Shown: piece by piece, positions 59,201 to 64,000 of the stretch
Layout of the letters: each line of letters opens with the position of its first letter
How positions within the stretch are numbered: the first letter of the stretch is position 1
NCBI GenBank assembly: GCA_032718475.1
Contig: JAUCBJ010009076.1
Location: 1 to 64,000, forward strand
Source of the DNA: Nemertoderma westbladi
Lineage: Eukaryota > Animalia > Xenacoelomorpha
Length of the DNA stretch: 64,000 bases
Direction of reading: 5' to 3'
The notes under the pieces: generated by a model
The model's database searches: none
Seen by the model: the letters and a program-made list of their open reading frames with translations, nothing else
What the model was told of the DNA's origin: nothing
Position numbers and translations under genes: made by a program

Positions 59201-62200
59201 ATTCCGTTGTATCTCTCTCTACAGAGTTCCATCAATGTAAGTTCCGTTTTATCTCTACAGATTTCCATCAAAGTAAGTTCCGTTGTATCTCTCTCTACAG
59301 AGTTCCATCAAAGTAAGTTCCGTTGTATCTCTACAGAGTTCCATCAAAGTAAGTTCCGTTGTATCTCTACAGAGTTCCATCAAAGTAAGTTCCGTTGTAT
59401 CTCTACAGAGTTCCATCAAAGTAAGTTCCGTTGTATCTCTACAGAGTTCCATCAAAGTAAGTTCCGTTGTATCTCTACAGAGTTCCATCGAAGTAAGTTC
59501 TGTTGTATCTCTACAGAGTCCCGTCAAAGTAAGTTCCGTTGTATCTCTACAGAGTTCCGTCAAAGTAAATTCCGTTGTATCTCTACAGAGTTCCATCAAA
59601 GTAAGTTCCATTGTATCTCTCTCTACAGAGTTCCATCAAAGTAAGTTCCGTTGTATCTCTACAGAGTTCCATCAAAGTAAGTTCCGTTGTATCTCTACAG
59701 AGTTCCATCAAAGTAAGTTCCGTTGTATCTCTACAGAGTTCCATCAAAGTAAGTTCCGTTGTATCTCTACAGAGTTCCATCAAAGTAAGTTCCGTTGTAT
59801 CTCTACAGAGTTCCATCAAAGTAAGTTCCGTTGTATCTCTACAGAGTCCCGTCAAAGTAAGTTCCGTTGTATCTCTACAGAGTTCCATCAAAGTAAGTTC
59901 CGTTGTATCTCTACCGAGTTCCATCAAAGTAAGTTCCGTTGTATCTCTACAGAGTTCCATCAAAGTAAGTTCCGTTGTATCTCTACAGAGTCCCGTCAAA
60001 GTAAGTTCCGTTGTATTTCTACAGAGTTCCATCAAAGTAAGTTCCGTTGTATCTCTACAGAGTTCCATCAAAGTAAGTTCCGTTGTATCTCTTTCTACAG
60101 AGTTCCATCAAAGTAAGTTCCGTTGTATCTCTACAGAGTTCCTTCAAAGTAAGTTCCGTTGTATCTCAACAGAGTTCCATCAAAGTAAGTTTCGTTGTAT
60201 CTCTACAGAGTTCCATCAAAGTAAGTTCCGTTGTACTCTCTCTACAGAGTTCCATCAAAGTAAGTTCCGTTGTATCTCTACAGAGTTCCATCAAAGTAAG
60301 TTCCGTTGTATCTCTACAGAGTTCCATCAAAGTAAGTTCCGTTGTATCTCTACAGAGTTCCATCAAAGTAAGTTCCGTTGTATCTCTACAGAATTCCATC
60401 AAAGTAAGTTCCGTTGTATCTCTACAGAGTCCCGTCAAAGTAAATTCCGAAGTTCCGTTGTATCTCTACAGAGTTCCATCAAAGTAAGTTCCGTTGTATC
60501 TCTGCAGAGTCCCGTCAAAGTAAATTCCGTTGTATCTCTACAGAGTCCCGTCAAAGTAAGTTCCGTTGTATCTCTACAGAGTTCCATCAAAGTAAGTTCC
60601 GTTGTATCTATACAGAGTCCCTTCAAAGTAAGTTCCGTTGTATCTCTACAGAGTCCCGTCAAAATAAATTCCGTTGCATCTCTCTCTACAGAGTTCCATC
60701 AAAGTAAGTTCCGTTGTATCTCTACAGAGTTCCATCAAAGTAAGTTCCGTTGTATCTCTACAGAGTCCCGTCAAAGTAAATTCCGATGTATCTCTACAGA
60801 GTTCCATCAAAGTAAGTTCCGTTGTATCTCTACATAGTCCCGTCAAAGTAAATTCCGATGTATCTCTACAGAGTTCCATCAGAGTAAGTTCCGTTGTATC
60901 TCTACAGAGTTCCATCAAAGTAAATTCCGTTGTATCTCTACAGAGTTCCATCAAAGTAAGTTCCGTTGTATCTCTACAGAGTCCCGTGAAAGTAAATTCC
61001 GATGTATCTCTACAGAGTTCCATCAAAGTAAGTTCCGTTGTATCTCTACAGAGTCCCGTCAAAGTAAATTCCGATGTATCTCTACAGAGTTCCATCAAAG
61101 TAAGTTCCGTTGTATCTCTACAGAGTTCCATCAAAGTAAATTCCGTTGTATCTCTACAGAGTTCCATCAAAGTAAGTTCCGTTGTATCTCTACAGAGTCC
61201 CGTCAAAGTAAATTCCGATGTATCTCTACAGAGTTCCATCAAAGAAAGTTCCGTTGTATCTCTACAGAGTCCCGTCAAAGTAAATTCCGATGTATCTCTA
61301 CAGAGTTCCATCAAAGTAAGTTCCGTTGTATCTCTACAGAGTTCCATCAAAGTAAATTCCGTTGTATCTCTACAGAGTCCCGTCAAAGTAAATTCCGTTG
61401 TATCTCTACAGAGTTCCATCAAAGTAAATTCCGTTGTATCTCTACAGAGTCCCGTCAAAGTAAATTCCGTTGTATCTCTACAGAGTCCCGTCAAAGTAAG
61501 TTCCGTTGTATCTCTACAGAGTCCCGTCAAAGTAAGTTCCGTTGTATCTCTACAGAGTTCCATCAAAGTAAGTTCCGTTGTATCTATACAGAGTCCCTTC
61601 AAAGTAAGTTCCGTTGTATCTCTACAGAGTTCCATCAAAGTAAGTTCCGTTGTATCTCTACAGAGTTCCGTCAAAGTAAATTCCGTTGTATCTCTCTCTA
61701 CAGAGTTCCATCAAAGTAAGTTCCGTTGTATCTCTACAGAGTTCCATCAAAGTAAGTTCCGTTGTATCTCTACAGAGTTCCGTCAAAGTAAGTTCCGTTG
61801 TATCTCTCTCTACAGAGTTCCATCAAAGTAAAGTCCCGTTGTATCTCTACAGAGTTCCATCAAAGTAAGTTCCGTTGTATCTCTACAAAGTTCCATCAAT
61901 GTAAGTTCCGTTGTATCTCTACAGAGTTCCATCACAGTAAGTTCCGTTGTATCTCTACAGAGTTCCATCAAAGTAAGTTCCGTTGTATCTCTACAGAGTT
62001 CCATCAAAGTAAGTTCCGTTGTATCTCTCTCTACAGAGTTCCATCAAAGTAAGTTCCGTTGTATCTCTACAGAGTTCCATCAAAGTAAGTTCCGTTGTAT
62101 CTCTACAGAGTTCCATCAAAGTAAGTTCCGTTGTATCTCTACAGAGTTCCATCAAAGTAAGTTCCGTTGTATCTCTCTCTACAGAGTTCCATCAAAGTAA

Positions 62201-64000
62201 GTTCCATTGTATCTCTACAGAGTTCCATCAAAGTAAGTTCCGTTGTATCTCTACAGAGTCCCTTCAAAGTAAGTTCCGTTGTATCTCTACAGAGTTCCAT
62301 CAAAGTAAGTTCCGTTGTATCTCTACAGAGTTCCGTCAAAGTAAATTCCGTTGTATCTCTACAGAGTTCCGTCAAAGTAAATTCCGTTGTATCTCTACAG
62401 AGTTCCATCAAAGTAAGTTCCGTTGTATCTCTCTCTACAGAGTTCCATCAAAGTAAGTTCCGTTGTATCTCTACAGAGTTCCATCAAAGTAAGTTCCGTT
62501 GTATCTCTACAGAGTTCCATCAAAGTAAGTTCCGTTGTATCTATACAGAGTCCCTTCAAAGTAAGTTCCGTTGTATCTCTACAGAGTTCCATCAAAGTAA
62601 GTTCCGTTGTATCTCTACAGAGTTCCGTCAAAGTAAATTCCGTTGTATCTCTCTCTACAGAGTTCCATCAAAGTAAGTTCCGTTGTATCTCTACAGAGTT
62701 CCATCAAAGTAAGTTCCGTTGTATCTCTACAGAGTTCCGTCAAAGTAAGTTCCGTTGTATCTCTCTCTACAGAGTTCCATCAAAGTAAAGTCCCGTTGTA
62801 TCTCTACAGAGTTCCATCAAAGTAAGTTCCGTTGTATCTCTACAGAGTTCCATCAAAGTAAGTTCCGTTGTATCTCTACAGAGTTCCATCAAAGTAAGTT
62901 CCGTTGTATCTATACAGAGTCCCTTCAAAGTAAGTTCCGTTGTATCTCTACAGAGTTCCATCAAAGTAAGTTCCGTTGTATCTCTACAGAGTTCCGTCAA
63001 AGTAAATTCCGTTGTATCTCTCTCTACAGAGTTCCATCAAAGTAAGTTCCGTTGTATCTCTACAGAGTTCCATCAAAGTAAGTTCCGTTGTATCTCTACA
63101 GAGTTCCGTCAAAGTAAGTTCCGTTGTATCTCTCTCTACAGAGTTCCATCAAAGTAAAGTCCCGTTGTATCTCTACAGAGTTCCATCAAAGTAAGTTCCG
63201 TTGTATCTCTACAAAGTTCCATCAATGTAAGTTCCGTTGTATCTCTACAGAGTTCCATCACAGTAAGTTCCGTTGTATCTCTACAGAGTTCCATCAAAGT
63301 AAGTTCCGTTGTATCTCTACAGAGTTCCATCAAAGTAAGTTCCGTTGTATCTCTCTCTACAGNNNNNNNNNNNNNNNNNNNNNNNNNNNNNNNNNNNNNN
63401 NNNNNNNNNNNNNNNNNNNNNNNNNNNNNNNNNNNNNNNNNNNNNNNNNNNNNNNNNNNNNNCTTCAAAGTAAGTTCCGTTGTATCTCTACAGAGTTCCA
63501 TCAAAGTAAGTTCCGTTGTATCTCTACAGAGTTCCGTCAAAGTAAATTCCGTTGTATCTCTCTCTACAGAGTTCCATCAAAGTAAGTTCCGCTGTATCTC
63601 TACAGAGTTCCATCAAAGTAAGTTCCGTTGTATCTCTACAGAGTTCCGTCAAAGTAAGTTCCGTTGTATCTCTCTCTACAGAGTTCCATCAAAGTAAAGT
63701 TCCGTTGTATCTCTACAGAGTTCCATCAAAGTAAGTTCCGTTGTATCTCTACAAAGTTCCATCAATGTAAGTTCCGTTGTATCTCTACAGAGTTCCATCA
63801 CAGTAAGTTCCGTTGTATCTCTACAGAGTTCCATCAAAGTAAGTTCCGTTGTATCTCTACAGAGTTCCATCAAAGTAAGTTCCGTTGTATCTCTCTCTAC
63901 AGAGTTCCATCAAAGTAAGTTCCGTTGTATCTCTACAGAGTTCCATCAAAGTAAGTTCCGTTGTATCTATACAGAGTCCCTTCAAAGTAAGTTCCGTTGT
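47281..64000. repeat. 36-bp satellite (CAGAGTTCCATCAAAGTAAGTTCCGTTGTATCTCTA), >16.7 kb, with 37/40-bp variants and ~3.4-3.8-kb higher-order repeats
   Basis: Read directly. The diagnostic AAAGTAAAG variant recurs with spacings 3780, 3840, 3400 and 3400 (ORF starts 47378, 51158, 54998, 58398, 61798). Confidence 0.98.
63363..63462. other. Assembly gap (100 N)
   Basis: Run of N inside the satellite. Confidence 0.99.

Noticed and set aside
47378-63918. Dozens of ORFs (SLQSSIKVSSVV, STEFHQSKFRCI, MELCRDTTELTL)
   Set aside because: They are translations of a 36-bp satellite, frequently frameshifted by 37/40-bp variants. All minus-strand frames stop at or near the junction with unique sequence.

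Overview
This is AT-rich animal (invertebrate-like) genomic DNA, mostly nested transposons and tandem arrays. Two host genes are supported. One is a two-exon NSCL/HEN1-family bHLH gene (+, 39656-40705). The other is three exons of a CUB-domain trypsin-like protease zymogen (-, 31896-28059), whose catalytic exons were not seen in the window. Mobile DNA includes: an intact-looking CR1/L2-group LINE (SAP-domain ORF1, PHD-APE-RT ORF2) with a 3-kb tandem array between its ORFs; an internally deleted but in-frame BEL/Pao gag-protease element with a 3' LTR; a decayed second Gag-like ORF; an intact RTE-X-like APE-RT ORF preceded by a >16.7-kb 36-bp satellite with higher-order structure; a tRNA-SINE whose 3' UUCG stem-loop is amplified about 56 times; and several MITEs. 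The most notable observations are (i) a tRNA-like Pol III unit with a minimal type-I hammerhead ribozyme between its A and B boxes, present as an inverted intronic pair, and (ii) two unrelated LINEs that both place a long GAACT-containing array, a C-rich tract and TAAACTAA just before the ORF2 ATG. All calls were made by eye; no database searches were run.
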